A stretch of DNA of 64,000 nt from Polyangiaceae bacterium (lineage in GTDB: Bacteria > Myxococcota_A > Polyangia > Polyangiales > Polyangiaceae): contig CBDCTZ010000016.1 of assembly GCA_965222375.1 (NCBI GenBank), positions 2,656,001 to 2,720,000 on the forward strand. The letters are read 5' to 3'. How positions within the stretch are numbered: position 1 is the first letter of the stretch; every line of letters begins with the position of its first letter. Of the stretch, positions 1 to 10,246 are shown piece after piece. Position numbers and translations under genes: made by a program. The notes under the pieces were generated by a model. The model searched no databases. It was given only the letters and a program-made list of their open reading frames with translations, and was not told the origin of the DNA.

Positions 1-1
1 C

Positions 2-538
2 ATGAGCCGGCGCCTGGTGGTGGCCGCAGTGGTGTGGCTGTCCATCGCCTTCGCAGCCGTATTGGCGTTAGGGCGCGCCTGGCAGCGAGAGCGCGAGGAG
101 AGCGCACTCGTGGGCTTGGTCGTGTCGCCTCTCTCGCCCAGCGCGTTGTTCTGCGGCAAGGCTTTGGCTCTGCTCGGCTTCTTGACCGTGATCGAGTTGC
201 TGGTGATCCCTTTGTCTGCGCTGCTCTTCGCCGTGGACCTACTCGAAGTGGGGCCCGGGTTCGCGTTGATTGCTCTGGTGGCGACTCCCGGCGTGGCTGC
301 AACCGGAACGCTCTTCGGCGCCATGACCGTGAGAACCCGCGCCCGAGATCTGATGTTGGCCGTGGTGTTGTTTCCGCTGTTGTCTCCCACACTCCTGTCC
401 GCGGTCGCCGCAACCCGTGAGTTGCTCGGTGGCGCCAGCATTGCCGAGCTGGGGGACTACTTCCGACTTATGGGTGTCTTCGATCTGGTTTTCATCGCGG
501 GCGGCTTGGCGCTCTTCGGGCTGCTGCTCGAGGACTAG
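2..538 (+). CDS. ccmB: Heme exporter membrane subunit CcmB (probably 5'-truncated by window edge)
   Basis: Multi-TM protein with the 'RERE..AL.GL..SP....LF.GK' and 'L...LLFPL..P.L' pattern typical of CcmB. Confidence 0.8.
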   Translation: MSRRLVVAAVVWLSIAFAAVLALGRAWQREREESALVGLVVSPLSPSALFCGKALALLGFLTVIELLVIPLSALLFAVDLLEVGPGFALIALVATPGVAATGTLFGAMTVRTRARDLMLAVVLFPLLSPTLLSAVAATRELLGGASIAELGDYFRLMGVFDLVFIAGGLALFGLLLED

Positions 539-1764
539 GCAAGCGCAGCGCGCACGGCTTCGGCAACCCTCTCCGCCGGGGCCGCGCGTCCCACGACGCT
601 GCCAGCGCAAAAGACATCCTCCGCCACCTTTCCCGAGTCGTCACAGACAGGAGCAAAGCCCGCACCGTTGAACCGGGTGGAGGCACCGGCCTGCACCGCC
701 AGTTCAAAGGCCGGCGCTCCGGGGCCTTCGCACACGACCGCGTCGATCTTGATTCGCTTTTCCTTGTCCTGATCCAGGGTGATCAGATTGCGCACGCGGC
801 CCCGCCCGGAGCAGCGCTTGACCCGCGCGGGGTCCACTCGCAGCCAGTCTGTTCCAGACAGCTTCACCAGTTGCTCCGAAAAGGGCCCCGCGCCCACCAA
901 AGCAACTCGCCGCCCCAGCCGCACGCCACAGTGGTGCAGCCGTAGCGCCGCGCGGCCGCTGAAGATCCCAGGCAAATCGTTGTCGCCAAACTCGGGCATG
1001 TGGTCATGGCAGCCTGTCGCGAGCACCACTGCCCGAGGCTGCACCAGGCGCGCGCCGCGATCGTCGATGAGTAGGGCAAACAATCCCGGCCCAGGTTCCC
1101 GTGATAGCGATACCACAGTCGTTCTCGGTGTGGCCTGCGCGTGGGAGAGTGCGCCAAGCATCGCGTCGAGGCGATCCGGCTCGAGCAACGACAGATTGCC
1201 ACCCAAGCGCGTAGCATCGTCGACAATGTTCAGATTGAAATCGGGCAGAGCGGCGGCCACGGACAGCCCTGCCTCTCCGCTGCCCACGACGAGTACGTCC
1301 GTGGTTTCTCGGCGGCCGGACAGGGCGTCCATCGCCTCACTAGGCAGGGTGCCCAAGCCCGCGACTTGGCGGGCGAAGCTCTGCACGATGGCAGATACCC
1401 CTCGGATCCCCGCGAGTAGCTTGTGATGGTCGATTCCGCGAGGAAACAGATAGTCCGTCGCCTCCATGAGATCGATACCTCGAGTGCCCAGCACGTTCTG
1501 CGTCTCGATGCGCTCGCCTCCCTGAGCGCTGTGCAGGCAGGTCATCACATTGGGTTCTCCGTCTACACGTGCCAAGCAACCGTCGCACGCTCCTCGCATG
1601 CAAAACGGGCCCCGAGGGCGGTGCAGCTTGGGGCTGCGCGAGAGCAGGACTCGATCCGCCGCGACCAGCGCGGCTGCCAGGGGCTCCCCTCGCTCTGCAA
1701 CCACGCGCTGCCCATCGTGTTCGACCCAAACCGGATCGCTGGGAGGCGTGCTGCGGGAAGGCAT
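535..1764 (-). CDS. 2Fe-2S/FAD-dependent oxidoreductase, sarcosine oxidase alpha-subunit-like
   Basis: SRSPKLHRPRGPFCMRGACDGC...NVMTC (Fer2_4-type) followed by DVLVVGSGEAGL and VVLATG motifs; ATG at 1764 chosen over TTG 1794. Confidence 0.75.
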   Translation of the reverse strand: MPSRSTPPSDPVWVEHDGQRVVAERGEPLAAALVAADRVLLSRSPKLHRPRGPFCMRGACDGCLARVDGEPNVMTCLHSAQGGERIETQNVLGTRGIDLMEATDYLFPRGIDHHKLLAGIRGVSAIVQSFARQVAGLGTLPSEAMDALSGRRETTDVLVVGSGEAGLSVAAALPDFNLNIVDDATRLGGNLSLLEPDRLDAMLGALSHAQATPRTTVVSLSREPGPGLFALLIDDRGARLVQPRAVVLATGCHDHMPEFGDNDLPGIFSGRAALRLHHCGVRLGRRVALVGAGPFSEQLVKLSGTDWLRVDPARVKRCSGRGRVRNLITLDQDKEKRIKIDAVVCEGPGAPAFELAVQAGASTRFNGAGFAPVCDDSGKVAEDVFCAGSVVGRAAPAERVAEAVRAALA

Positions 1765-1919
1765 GGCTTGGCTAGCTCTCCCCAAGGACAGCAAAGCCGC
1801 GCCCAGGCTTCCATTGTTTTGGTTTGGGGTCGCGGCTCTTGGGCAGGAAACGGCCCTAATCCCGCGGACCTCCCCAGAGCCCGCCGCGCCAAGGCGGTGG
1901 GCAGCGGTGGCGCGCGGCT

Positions 1920-2780
1920 CTAGGGCGTCCTGGGCTTTCGCACGCGTACCAGGGGGTGCGAGTCGAGTTCGGGTTGGTCCCCGCTTTCGAACTGCATCCG
2001 TAGTCCCCAGATCCGCTGTTGGCTGTCTTTCGCAATCAGCGTCACGTCGTCGATCTCGAAACCGTGCACCCGCGTCTTGCCAGCCACGCGCTTTCTTGCC
2101 TTGCGCAAGCGATCAGGTTGCTTCCGCTCATCCCGCTCGATCTCTTTGGCGATGTCTGCGCCCAGCATCTCCTTCTCGGCGTCCCCGAGCCACCAGCGCT
2201 CCATCCTGTCTTGCTGCACGTCTGACAGTATTTCCTGCGCCAAGCCGTGGACCGGAAGCCAGCTTGGCGCTGGGATCGCGCTGGACACCTGATCGGCCTT
2301 GAGCTCAATCAGCTTAAGTCCGTGACGGGAAAGGAATAGCCCGAGCTCCAAGCCGCCCGGCGCGCTTCCCCCGGGACCGGGAGTTGTACTCGAGCCGCGA
2401 GGCCCGACTGAAAACTCCAGCTCCATGGCCAGCGCAACGAACTCGACGTCGGCCGGCAGTGACTCTTTGTCGCCCGTGACCAAACGGTCCGGTTGTCGAA
2501 CCGTTTCGATTGGGAACGACACCCTCGGAAGCGGTTCACTCGCGAGGGCTGCCCGAACCACTTGAATGAGTTCGTTGGCAAGGGGTGTGATGGGCGAATC
2601 CGCGAAGGGCCCCTCTGGCTCGGGGCGCGGCGTTTCGACGACCGCAACGGCCGGCTCCTGGGGTTCCGACACAGGTTCGGGCGCTGTCACGGTGCTGACG
2701 GGGGCGGTTGGCTCCGCAGCGGTGCCGCTGCTACCGCACGCTGCGAGCCACGCGCCCAATAGCCAGACCGTCTGCTTCAT
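1920..2780 (-). CDS. Hypothetical lipoprotein
   Basis: MKQTVWLLGAWLAAC lipobox, Pro/Glu linker, globular C-terminus. Confidence 0.6.
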   Translation of the reverse strand: MKQTVWLLGAWLAACGSSGTAAEPTAPVSTVTAPEPVSEPQEPAVAVVETPRPEPEGPFADSPITPLANELIQVVRAALASEPLPRVSFPIETVRQPDRLVTGDKESLPADVEFVALAMELEFSVGPRGSSTTPGPGGSAPGGLELGLFLSRHGLKLIELKADQVSSAIPAPSWLPVHGLAQEILSDVQQDRMERWWLGDAEKEMLGADIAKEIERDERKQPDRLRKARKRVAGKTRVHGFEIDDVTLIAKDSQQRIWGLRMQFESGDQPELDSHPLVRVRKPRTP

Positions 2781-2986
2781 CGCGTGCGCCTGCTTCGAGA
2801 TGGTCGGCTTGCTGGCGCCCACGTGACCAGCCCAAGGTCTCATGCGCGGAACGCTACCACGGAGGGTCGCGCGCTTGAATGTCGCCACTTGCTTCGACGC
2901 GTCCGGACCAATTCGTCGTCCGACGATGCAAGCGTGATGGCCATCCTGGGCTCAGGACGCTATCAAGGGTACGGAGGCCGGGAGCG

Positions 2987-3937
2987 ATGAAGACGAAGAG
3001 ACAGTCAGGCTCGCGCGAGCGATGCAACCGGCGGGTGGTGGCGCGTCGATCTGTGATGGCAGCCATTTTGGCTCTGTTCGCGGTCGGTTGCGGGGAGGAC
3101 GGACAGCCTTTAGACGGAGGTGCGGTCGACGCGTCCTCGGATGCGCCGACAGATGCAGCGGACGCAGCGGTCGGAGATTCGGCAGGACAGCCGGATGTGG
3201 TGAGCGACTCCGCTGGGTCTCCGATCATCACCGAGGTGGAGCTGGTTGAACAGACGGGCACTCACCCGGGCGCGTACGTTTGCATCGAAGCAGATTGTCC
3301 CAGCGGCAAGGTGGTGCTGGGCGGAGGTGGCGAGTGGGACCCCGCCATCGTGCTCGGAACCATGCAACCGGATACGGAGACGTCGTTTCAACTATGCGGC
3401 GACTCGACGGCAGGAGGCGTGTGGACGGTGCAAGCCATCTGCGGTCGCGTTTCCACGAAAAGCATGATCGTGAAGAACGAAGAGGCGCTGCCCAAGTTCG
3501 TGGGTGCATGCATCGAGGCGATTTGTCCCGCCGGCATGGCCGCAGTGGGCGGTGGCGCCTCGTGGAACAAACAGGGCCTACCCGTCGCGGATCGCGTACA
3601 GACCCGGAGCGGTCTTAGTTCCGTTGCCAACTCGTGGGGGATCTGCGGCTTCACCCAAAATGACACCACTTGGTCTGCGAGTACAATATGTGTCGAGGGC
3701 ATCAAGGCCAACTCCAGGGAAAAGGCTGCGCAGCACCCGGGACCGGGCGGCAGCTCTTGCTTCACGTCCCAGTGCCAGGCTGGCGAGCGAGCGGTCAGCG
3801 GTGGCGGGCTCTGGTCGTTGACCAGTTCGCTCACCAAGAACGCCTTGACCGCAAGTGGAAGCGAATGGACCTTGTGTGGCACGACGGACACCGCGGAAGA
3901 ATGGACAGCCGTCGTCCTCTGCGTCCCCGACGGCTAG
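2987..3937 (+). CDS. Secreted lipoprotein with three Cys/Trp-containing C(P/Q)xGxxxxxGG(G) repeats
   Basis: GGAG before ATG 2987; lipobox FAVGC; DA-rich linker; repeats CPSGKVVLGGGG, CPAGMAAVGGG, CQAGERAVSGGG. Confidence 0.65.
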   Translation: MKTKRQSGSRERCNRRVVARRSVMAAILALFAVGCGEDGQPLDGGAVDASSDAPTDAADAAVGDSAGQPDVVSDSAGSPIITEVELVEQTGTHPGAYVCIEADCPSGKVVLGGGGEWDPAIVLGTMQPDTETSFQLCGDSTAGGVWTVQAICGRVSTKSMIVKNEEALPKFVGACIEAICPAGMAAVGGGASWNKQGLPVADRVQTRSGLSSVANSWGICGFTQNDTTWSASTICVEGIKANSREKAAQHPGPGGSSCFTSQCQAGERAVSGGGLWSLTSSLTKNALTASGSEWTLCGTTDTAEEWTAVVLCVPDG

Positions 3938-4138
3938 CTGACGGCGATTGAGGCCGACCGCGTGTGGCACGGCCCCGCGGGTCCATCCGCGGCCCGCCTT
4001 TCTGCGCCAAAGAACGAGAGTAGTGCACCTGTTCCGCCCCAGGGATGCGACCCCCAAAAACCAGCTGGGGACGCGATTACCCACAGGGCTGGTCCGCGTG
4101 TATTCCCTTTGCTCTCCAGACGCCTTAGCGTCTCTCAC

Positions 4139-4747
4139 ATGCGGTTAGGCTTGCTCGGCCCTGCGACGGATCGCCTCGATGTACTCGAGCGAGCGGCCAG
4201 ATTTCTGCATAGCGAAGCGGGCGCAGAGCGGGTCATCTACCTGGGATTGGATGGCGCGCTGGACCGCGTCGTTGAAGGCTGGGCGGAGTCTTTGGTAGGC
4301 GCGGGCGCCGGGGATGAGCAGTTGTTCCGTCGCGCCGCAGAACGTTGTGCCGATGCCAGCCCGATGGAGATCGACGCCTTCGTGGCGGCTGAGCGAGAGC
4401 GCGAGGCGCTGCGTGCGTTCGAAGCGTTGCCTGGGGATGGCACCCGCTTGATGGAGTTACTCGGGGGGCGGGTCGCCGTACTGATCCACGACAAGTCGAA
4501 CCTGGACGAAGACGACATCGCATCCGCCACCTTCTTGGTCTTTGGCAAGAGCGTGGACCCGCTGGTCAAGGCCGTTGGCTCGCGTTGGTTCCTGGCGCCG
4601 GGACATCTCGGCGATTTCGGAATGATGCTCTTGGAGGAGCGCACTGACGGTGTGCACCTGTCTCTCTTCGACAGTGTATGCCGTGAAATCCGGCGGGAAC
4701 GCCTGGTTGCAGCGCCTGCGGCACGTATCAGCGTGTCGGACGCTTGA
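4139..4747 (+). CDS. Degenerate metallophosphoesterase-fold (YfcE-like) protein
   Basis: MRLGLLG...RVIYLG...VLIHD...LVFGKS...FLAPG follows the motif layout of calcineurin-like phosphoesterases but lacks the D/H ligands. Confidence 0.5.
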   Translation: MRLGLLGPATDRLDVLERAARFLHSEAGAERVIYLGLDGALDRVVEGWAESLVGAGAGDEQLFRRAAERCADASPMEIDAFVAAEREREALRAFEALPGDGTRLMELLGGRVAVLIHDKSNLDEDDIASATFLVFGKSVDPLVKAVGSRWFLAPGHLGDFGMMLLEERTDGVHLSLFDSVCREIRRERLVAAPAARISVSDA

Positions 4748-4827
4748 ATGGACGCGCCTCCCGGAAACCCTGAGATGCCCCTCCTTTCAACTCCGCGTGG
4801 CTCGTGATGAACTCCTCGGAATCGATA

Positions 4828-5406
4828 ATGCGCGTGGCGTTCTTCGGAGGTAGTTTCAATCCGCCGCACGTGGCGCATGTGTTGGCATGTACCTACGCGC
4901 TCAGTACCGCTTTGGCGGATCGCGTGCTGGTCGTGCCAGTGTTTCAGCACCCCTTTGACAAGCCCTTGGCGCCCTTCGAAGACCGCCTGGCCATGGCGCG
5001 CTTGGCGTTGGATTGGATCCCCGGCGTGGAGGTTTCGGACGTAGAACGCGAGCTGTCGACCCCAAGCCTCACCCTCAACACCTTGGAGCACTTGAGCCGT
5101 GAGAACCCAGGGTGCCAGCTACGCCTGATGGTGGGGTCCGACGTGCTTTTCGAAGCGCAGAAGTGGCACGCCTTCGACGCGATTTGCGCTATCGCGCCGC
5201 CGCTGGTGCTCGGTCGAGTGGGCTACAAACACCCGGATGCTCCCGTCGCCGTGCTGCCAGATCTCTCCTCGACCAAGGTGCGAGAGCTTTTCGTAGCGCT
5301 TCGCGACCGGAGCGCGGACTCGAGGGACGCCGCGCGCAAGTCACTGGCCGCGATGCTTCCACGAACGGTGCTCGAACACGCGGAGCGCCAAGGTTTGTAT
5401 CCGTGA
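4828..5406 (+). CDS. nadD: Nicotinate-nucleotide adenylyltransferase
   Basis: FGGSFNPPHVAH (HxxH), T..TL, LMVGSD, KW and LSSTKVR motifs. Confidence 0.92.
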   Translation: MRVAFFGGSFNPPHVAHVLACTYALSTALADRVLVVPVFQHPFDKPLAPFEDRLAMARLALDWIPGVEVSDVERELSTPSLTLNTLEHLSRENPGCQLRLMVGSDVLFEAQKWHAFDAICAIAPPLVLGRVGYKHPDAPVAVLPDLSSTKVRELFVALRDRSADSRDAARKSLAAMLPRTVLEHAERQGLYP

Positions 5407-6266
5407 AGATCGTGATCATTGGTGCAGGTCGCGCTGGCAGTGCGTTGCATCGAGCGCTTCGGCGTGCTGGCGCTTCCGTGACGCTGAGACCGCTTCGGCG
5501 TGGGCTGCCCAAACGAGGGCTCTCGGCGGACCTGATCGTTCTCGCGGTGCGTGATAGCGCGCTGTCCCCGCTGGCAAAGAAGCTCGCGCGGCAACGCACG
5601 GTCGTCGCACGCGCTGTCGTGCTGCACATCGCCGGCGCAGTCGACGTGGAAGTATTGAGTCCGCTTAGAGAGCACGTTGCGGCTATCGGCTCTGCGCACC
5701 CACTGCTGAGTTTTGCGAGCTCGGACCACGACCCCAATCTGCGCGGCGCGTTGCTGTTGCTCCGAGGCGATCCGGCGGCGAAGCGAGCTGGCCGTCGTCT
5801 CGCGCGAACCCTTGGCGCTCGTGCCTTGGATGGCGAGGAGGTCGACGCGCGTAGCTATCACGCAGCGGCGGCGCTGCTGGCGAATGGGGCGGTGGCCCTC
5901 GCCGATTTCGCCAGCGACCTGCTCGTGCGCTCCGGGATCCCCGAGGAGCACACGGCTCCGGCCCTGGGCGCGCTCCTGGTCAGCGTTTCGCAAAATATTG
6001 AAATCATTGGCATTTCTGGCGCGCTAACCGGCCCCGTCGTGCGTGGAGACGCCGCCACCGTTTGTGGCCATCTTGACGTAGTCGGCTCAGACCCGGAGTT
6101 GCTGACGCTGTATCGCCTGCTCGCGCGTCGGCAGCTCGCGATCGCATCCCGTGGCTCCGGTGGCGGCGGGCCGTCAAAAGCCAAGCTGACCGCACTGCTG
6201 GCCGGTGGAAAGAAACCGTCAGGGCGGAAACTTTCGGCGGCATCCTCGCGACGCAAAAATAGCTAA
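5403..6266 (+). CDS. Rossmann-like/DUF2520 protein (PanG-like putative ketopantoate reductase)
   Basis: GTG overlaps the nadD stop; IIGAGRAG, LAVRD, HIAGA, HPLLSF, YHAAAALLAN, ALTGPVVRGD. Confidence 0.8.
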   Translation: MKIVIIGAGRAGSALHRALRRAGASVTLRPLRRGLPKRGLSADLIVLAVRDSALSPLAKKLARQRTVVARAVVLHIAGAVDVEVLSPLREHVAAIGSAHPLLSFASSDHDPNLRGALLLLRGDPAAKRAGRRLARTLGARALDGEEVDARSYHAAAALLANGAVALADFASDLLVRSGIPEEHTAPALGALLVSVSQNIEIIGISGALTGPVVRGDAATVCGHLDVVGSDPELLTLYRLLARRQLAIASRGSGGGGPSKAKLTALLAGGKKPSGRKLSAASSRRKNS

Positions 6267-6284
6267 AATTCAGCCGGATCGACG

Positions 6285-6313
6285 TTGCTCGGGCCTCCAG
6301 TCGAGGCTAGCGT
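6285..6313 (+). promoter_or_regulatory. Putative sigma70-type promoter of the sigma54 activator gene
   Basis: TTGCTC-N17-TAGCGT ending 9 nt before TTG 6323. Confidence 0.35.
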
Positions 6314-6322
6314 TTTAACACC

Positions 6323-9300
6323 TTGGCGGCACAGTCTACCTCCCTGCAGTTAGCGCCCTCTGCGCCAGCACTTCCGTCCTTCGACGTGCTCGACGATGTG
6401 CTCCGCCAAGCAGGAACCCACGGCATCTTGAGCGTGCGGGTCGAAAGCCCGCGCGTCGCCTTGCCCGTCGCCCGTCATGCGGAGCGGCGCGCGGAGTTGA
6501 TCGGCCGGAAGGTCGCCCGTGCGTCCTTCGCCGCCGAAAGTTCGGCGCGGGATTTGGCGCGCCGCCTGTCTTTGCCCGCGACCGGGAGCGACGCATTCGA
6601 CCTCGCGGAAAGCTTGGCGAAAGCCGCGGATGAAACCAAGGCCATGCTCATCGCACCAGTCACTGCTGGCACGTGGGATGCGCAGGTCTTCAGGATCTTG
6701 TCGGAGAAGAGCACGAGCGCGCTCATCATCTTGATCAGCGAGCAGACGCCAGAGCTATCTGGCGCCACGGAATTCAGCGTTGAAGAGCGCTTGGACGACG
6801 CAGCTGTCGCGCGCTTTTGGGAGTGCGTTTCGGCCCATGCCGGCAGCGGCGCGGCAGGACATATCGGTAAGCTGGACGATTTCGTTCGGTCCGCAGCGTC
6901 CCGAAGCGTTCCGATGCTCAGTGCGGAGCAGAGCGAAACGCTGAGCGCGTTGGTCATGGCCGGCCGTCCTTGGCCCCGGGCTCACGCTTCGGAGCTTGGC
7001 GCTGCGGGACATTGGGATGCCCTGATCGAGAGCGGACAGGTGGAGGTGCGGGACGGGTGGATAGAACCCGCCCCCGGCATCGCCGCTGCACCTTGCTCGG
7101 CTGAGGTGGCTGTCCGTGTCGGCAAAGCCCTCGAGAGCGTATTCCCGCAGGATCCCTGGGCGCTTTCCCGCGCTGCAGAACTGTCTCTCGAGCAATTGGG
7201 TGCCGAAGGCCTCGAAGAGCGCATGCGGCTGGCGCTGGACGCCGCTCGAGACGCGTTCTGCCGAAGTGAGATGTGGAACCGCTGGCGGGAGCTGCTGTCC
7301 CGCATCGACGCCGGTCCCGCTGCGATGCTGCGCGCAGCGGAGCTCGCACTCGATCTCGGCGACGTCGATGTCGCATTGGATTTTGCTCGCCCCTGCGCTG
7401 AGGGCGCCGACCCCTTCCGCCAGAGCCTGCTGCTCGGTCGTGCCTTCTTGGCTCGGGGTGATTTGGTGAGCGCCGAAGCTGGCCTAGCCAAGGCACGCTC
7501 CTCTGCGCCGGGCCCGGAACAAGCCTCGGCGGCGGAGGTGGAACTCGCCGAAACGGCCTATGCGCGAGGCGACTACCAGGAGGCCGGGCAACTCGCCACG
7601 GCGGCCTTGGAGCATGCCAATGGCAAGCAGCGCTTGGGCGCTCGCAACGTGCTGGGTAAGATCTTGCTCGCGCAGGCAGCTTGGGACGAGGCGGACAAGC
7701 ACTTCGCCTCCGACGTGTGCGAAGCCATCGCCGCGGGTGCCAGCACGTGCGAACTACGGGCGCGGGTCAACCGCGCGATCGCGTTGCTATCCCGGGGTAG
7801 CCGAGATGAAGCGCAGGCATTGCTCGAAGGGGTGCTGGCGGACGGTGAATCCCGTCGCGAGCCTCGCGCAGTTGCCTTCGCGCTGTCCAACTTGGCAGTT
7901 CTGGCCATCGAGCGTCACGAGCATGCCAAAGGGCTGGACTTGCTCGAGCAGACCACGAGCGTGCATCGGCGGCTCGGGGATCGACTGGGCTTCGCCCGAG
8001 ACGTGGCCAACCTCGTCGAGCTGCGACTGCGGCTCGGCCTGGTGGAACATGCCGAACAGGGGTTGCGCTTCGGACGCCAGGCCCTGGGCGCTGGTGCTCC
8101 TCCGTCGCGCCTCACGGAGCTCGCGCTCGCCACGGCGCGCCTGCACCTGGTGTGCGGTCGAACCTTGGACGCGGAGCGAGAGCTCGGATGTGCGTTGCGG
8201 GCGGCGGCCCACGCCTCGGACGGCGACAAGGCCGGCGAGTGCCACCGCCTAGAAGCTCGCGTCGCCTTGGAGGACGGCATGGTGGCCCGGGCCATCAAAG
8301 CTACGGATGCTTCCGAAGCGCTTGCCGCGTCTCCCTTCGACCACGCGGAGATCGCGTTGCTCCGTGCTCTGATTGCCAGGTCGTCCGGCGCACGCGCGGA
8401 CGAGTTGGCGGAGGAGGCCGTGCAGGCCGCACGTAGGACCGGAGACGAAGAATTGCGACGCGAGGCCCACGTCACGGCGGCGGAAATCGCGCTGGCTGTC
8501 GGCGATGAGGATACCGCTGCCGAGCACACTCGCTTGGCTGTCGCTCTGCGGGATCACATCGCGGACGGACTCACCGGTACGCTCCGGGATGCCTACCTCG
8601 CCCGCCCGGATCTGGTGCGCCTTGCGCGGCTGGAGCGTGCCAGCGCCGTTCCGACCGAGGCTCCGACGGCGGCCCCCGTCCGGACGCTGAGCCGTGCCGC
8701 CAAAAAGGCCGAGGCAACCTACGTGGGGCGGGATCCTGCGGTTCGCTCGCTGCTCTCCTCGGCTCGCCGTGTGGCTCCCACCGACGCGACTTTGCTGGTC
8801 CTCGGGGAAAGTGGCACCGGAAAAGAGCTCATTGCCGAGTTGGTACATCGCGCAAGTCGACGCAGCGACGGCCCACTGGTGAAGGTCAACTGCGCCGCCC
8901 TCGTCGAAAGCTTGCTGCTCTCCGAGTTGTTTGGGCACGAAAAGGGCTCCTTCACGGGTGCTACTTCTCGCAAGCGCGGTCGCTTCGAGCGCGCCAATGG
9001 CGGCACGCTGTTCCTGGACGAAATCGGTGACATCTCACCGCGCACACAGGTTGCTTTGCTCCGAGTCCTGGAGGAGCGCCGGATCGAGCGCGTGGGAGGC
9101 ACCGCCTCCATTCCCGTGGACGTGCGGATCGTGTGTGCCACGAATCGCAACATCAAGACGATGGTCGAAAAGGGTCAGTTCCGCGAGGACCTGTACTACC
9201 GACTCGCGGGAATCACCTTGGAGATCCCCGCGCTGCGGGAGCGCTCTGGGGATCTGCCGCTCTTGGCCGATGCTCTGCTGTCTCGGATCGCTCGGGAGCG

Positions 9301-9784
9301 GGACGAAGCGCCCAAGTCCCTGTCGCCGGAAGCGATGCAGCTGATCATGCGCTATCGCTGGCCCGGCAACGTTCGAGAGTTCGAAAACGCGTTGCGCGCG
9401 GCGTCCCTCTTCAGCGCCGATCAAGTCATCGGGGTCACAGATTTGGTCGAGCATGTCGAGGCGCTCCGGCGAGTGGCCTCGGAGCCCACCAGCGCGCCCG
9501 CGGAATCCGCGCGGCGCACCACCTTGCCTCCCCCACCCGAAATGTTGGGTGACCTATCCGCTTCCGGGCAGGACCCGGTAAGCACCGTCGTCTACCGTGA
9601 GATTCGCCACGGTGGCACCAGCCTGGCTGATTTGAAACGCAACATCGAAAAAGAATGTATCGCTCGGGCTCTCTCTGAGACCGGGGGTAACATCACCCGC
9701 GCCGCAGCCCTTCTGGGCATGAAGCGGCCGCGGCTCAGCCAGCTCGTAAAGCAATACGAGCTGTCGACGGAGGAGGCTTCGTGA
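6323..9784 (+). CDS. Sigma54-dependent enhancer-binding protein with long TPR-like N-terminal region and Fis-type HTH
   Basis: [50 protein letters not shown] and [11 protein letters not shown] motifs; Ala/Leu helical repeats N-terminally; no receiver domain. Confidence 0.92.
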   Translation: MAAQSTSLQLAPSAPALPSFDVLDDVLRQAGTHGILSVRVESPRVALPVARHAERRAELIGRKVARASFAAESSARDLARRLSLPATGSDAFDLAESLAKAADETKAMLIAPVTAGTWDAQVFRILSEKSTSALIILISEQTPELSGATEFSVEERLDDAAVARFWECVSAHAGSGAAGHIGKLDDFVRSAASRSVPMLSAEQSETLSALVMAGRPWPRAHASELGAAGHWDALIESGQVEVRDGWIEPAPGIAAAPCSAEVAVRVGKALESVFPQDPWALSRAAELSLEQLGAEGLEERMRLALDAARDAFCRSEMWNRWRELLSRIDAGPAAMLRAAELALDLGDVDVALDFARPCAEGADPFRQSLLLGRAFLARGDLVSAEAGLAKARSSAPGPEQASAAEVELAETAYARGDYQEAGQLATAALEHANGKQRLGARNVLGKILLAQAAWDEADKHFASDVCEAIAAGASTCELRARVNRAIALLSRGSRDEAQALLEGVLADGESRREPRAVAFALSNLAVLAIERHEHAKGLDLLEQTTSVHRRLGDRLGFARDVANLVELRLRLGLVEHAEQGLRFGRQALGAGAPPSRLTELALATARLHLVCGRTLDAERELGCALRAAAHASDGDKAGECHRLEARVALEDGMVARAIKATDASEALAASPFDHAEIALLRALIARSSGARADELAEEAVQAARRTGDEELRREAHVTAAEIALAVGDEDTAAEHTRLAVALRDHIADGLTGTLRDAYLARPDLVRLARLERASAVPTEAPTAAPVRTLSRAAKKAEATYVGRDPAVRSLLSSARRVAPTDATLLVLGESGTGKELIAELVHRASRRSDGPLVKVNCAALVESLLLSELFGHEKGSFTGATSRKRGRFERANGGTLFLDEIGDISPRTQVALLRVLEERRIERVGGTASIPVDVRIVCATNRNIKTMVEKGQFREDLYYRLAGITLEIPALRERSGDLPLLADALLSRIARERDEAPKSLSPEAMQLIMRYRWPGNVREFENALRAASLFSADQVIGVTDLVEHVEALRRVASEPTSAPAESARRTTLPPPPEMLGDLSASGQDPVSTVVYREIRHGGTSLADLKRNIEKECIARALSETGGNITRAAALLGMKRPRLSQLVKQYELSTEEAS

Positions 9785-10167
9785 TGCGCCGCATCCTTTT
9801 CCTCGCAATTCCACTGTTCGCCCTGGGCGGCTGCACAGCCGAACTCGTGGATCCCGACTATCAAGAAGACGACTACGAACTCGACGTCAACGATGACCCC
9901 GAGCAGGGGCATCAGGAACAATCCGTCACCTTGGAGACACTCCGAGATCCGGTGTTGTCTAGTCGGGATGGCGAGCCCAAAGGTCCGTCGCCCTATCCCT
10001 GGGTGGCGCGAGACCCCGCTGGCAGCCCTACTCCCTATCCCTGGGAGACGGAGAAAGACAACAACGGCAAGGGCGATTCTGAGACCGGTGAAGGTCAGAA
10101 TCAGGGCGGCGACAGCAACAACCCGAGCGGCGCCAATAGCCAGGAACAGCAATCGAGCAATCACTGA
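9784..10167 (+). CDS. Small acidic lipoprotein with two PxPYPW motifs
   Basis: TGATG stop/start overlap with the activator; [17 protein letters not shown] lipobox; GPSPYPW and SPTPYPW. Confidence 0.75.
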   Translation: MRRILFLAIPLFALGGCTAELVDPDYQEDDYELDVNDDPEQGHQEQSVTLETLRDPVLSSRDGEPKGPSPYPWVARDPAGSPTPYPWETEKDNNGKGDSETGEGQNQGGDSNNPSGANSQEQQSSNH

Positions 10168-10246
10168 GGTGAGCCGTTGCGACCCCTCTGAGCGCCCCTA
10201 GCTGCGGCGGACGGCCCACGGGATTCGGGCTACGCTGGATAATCGC

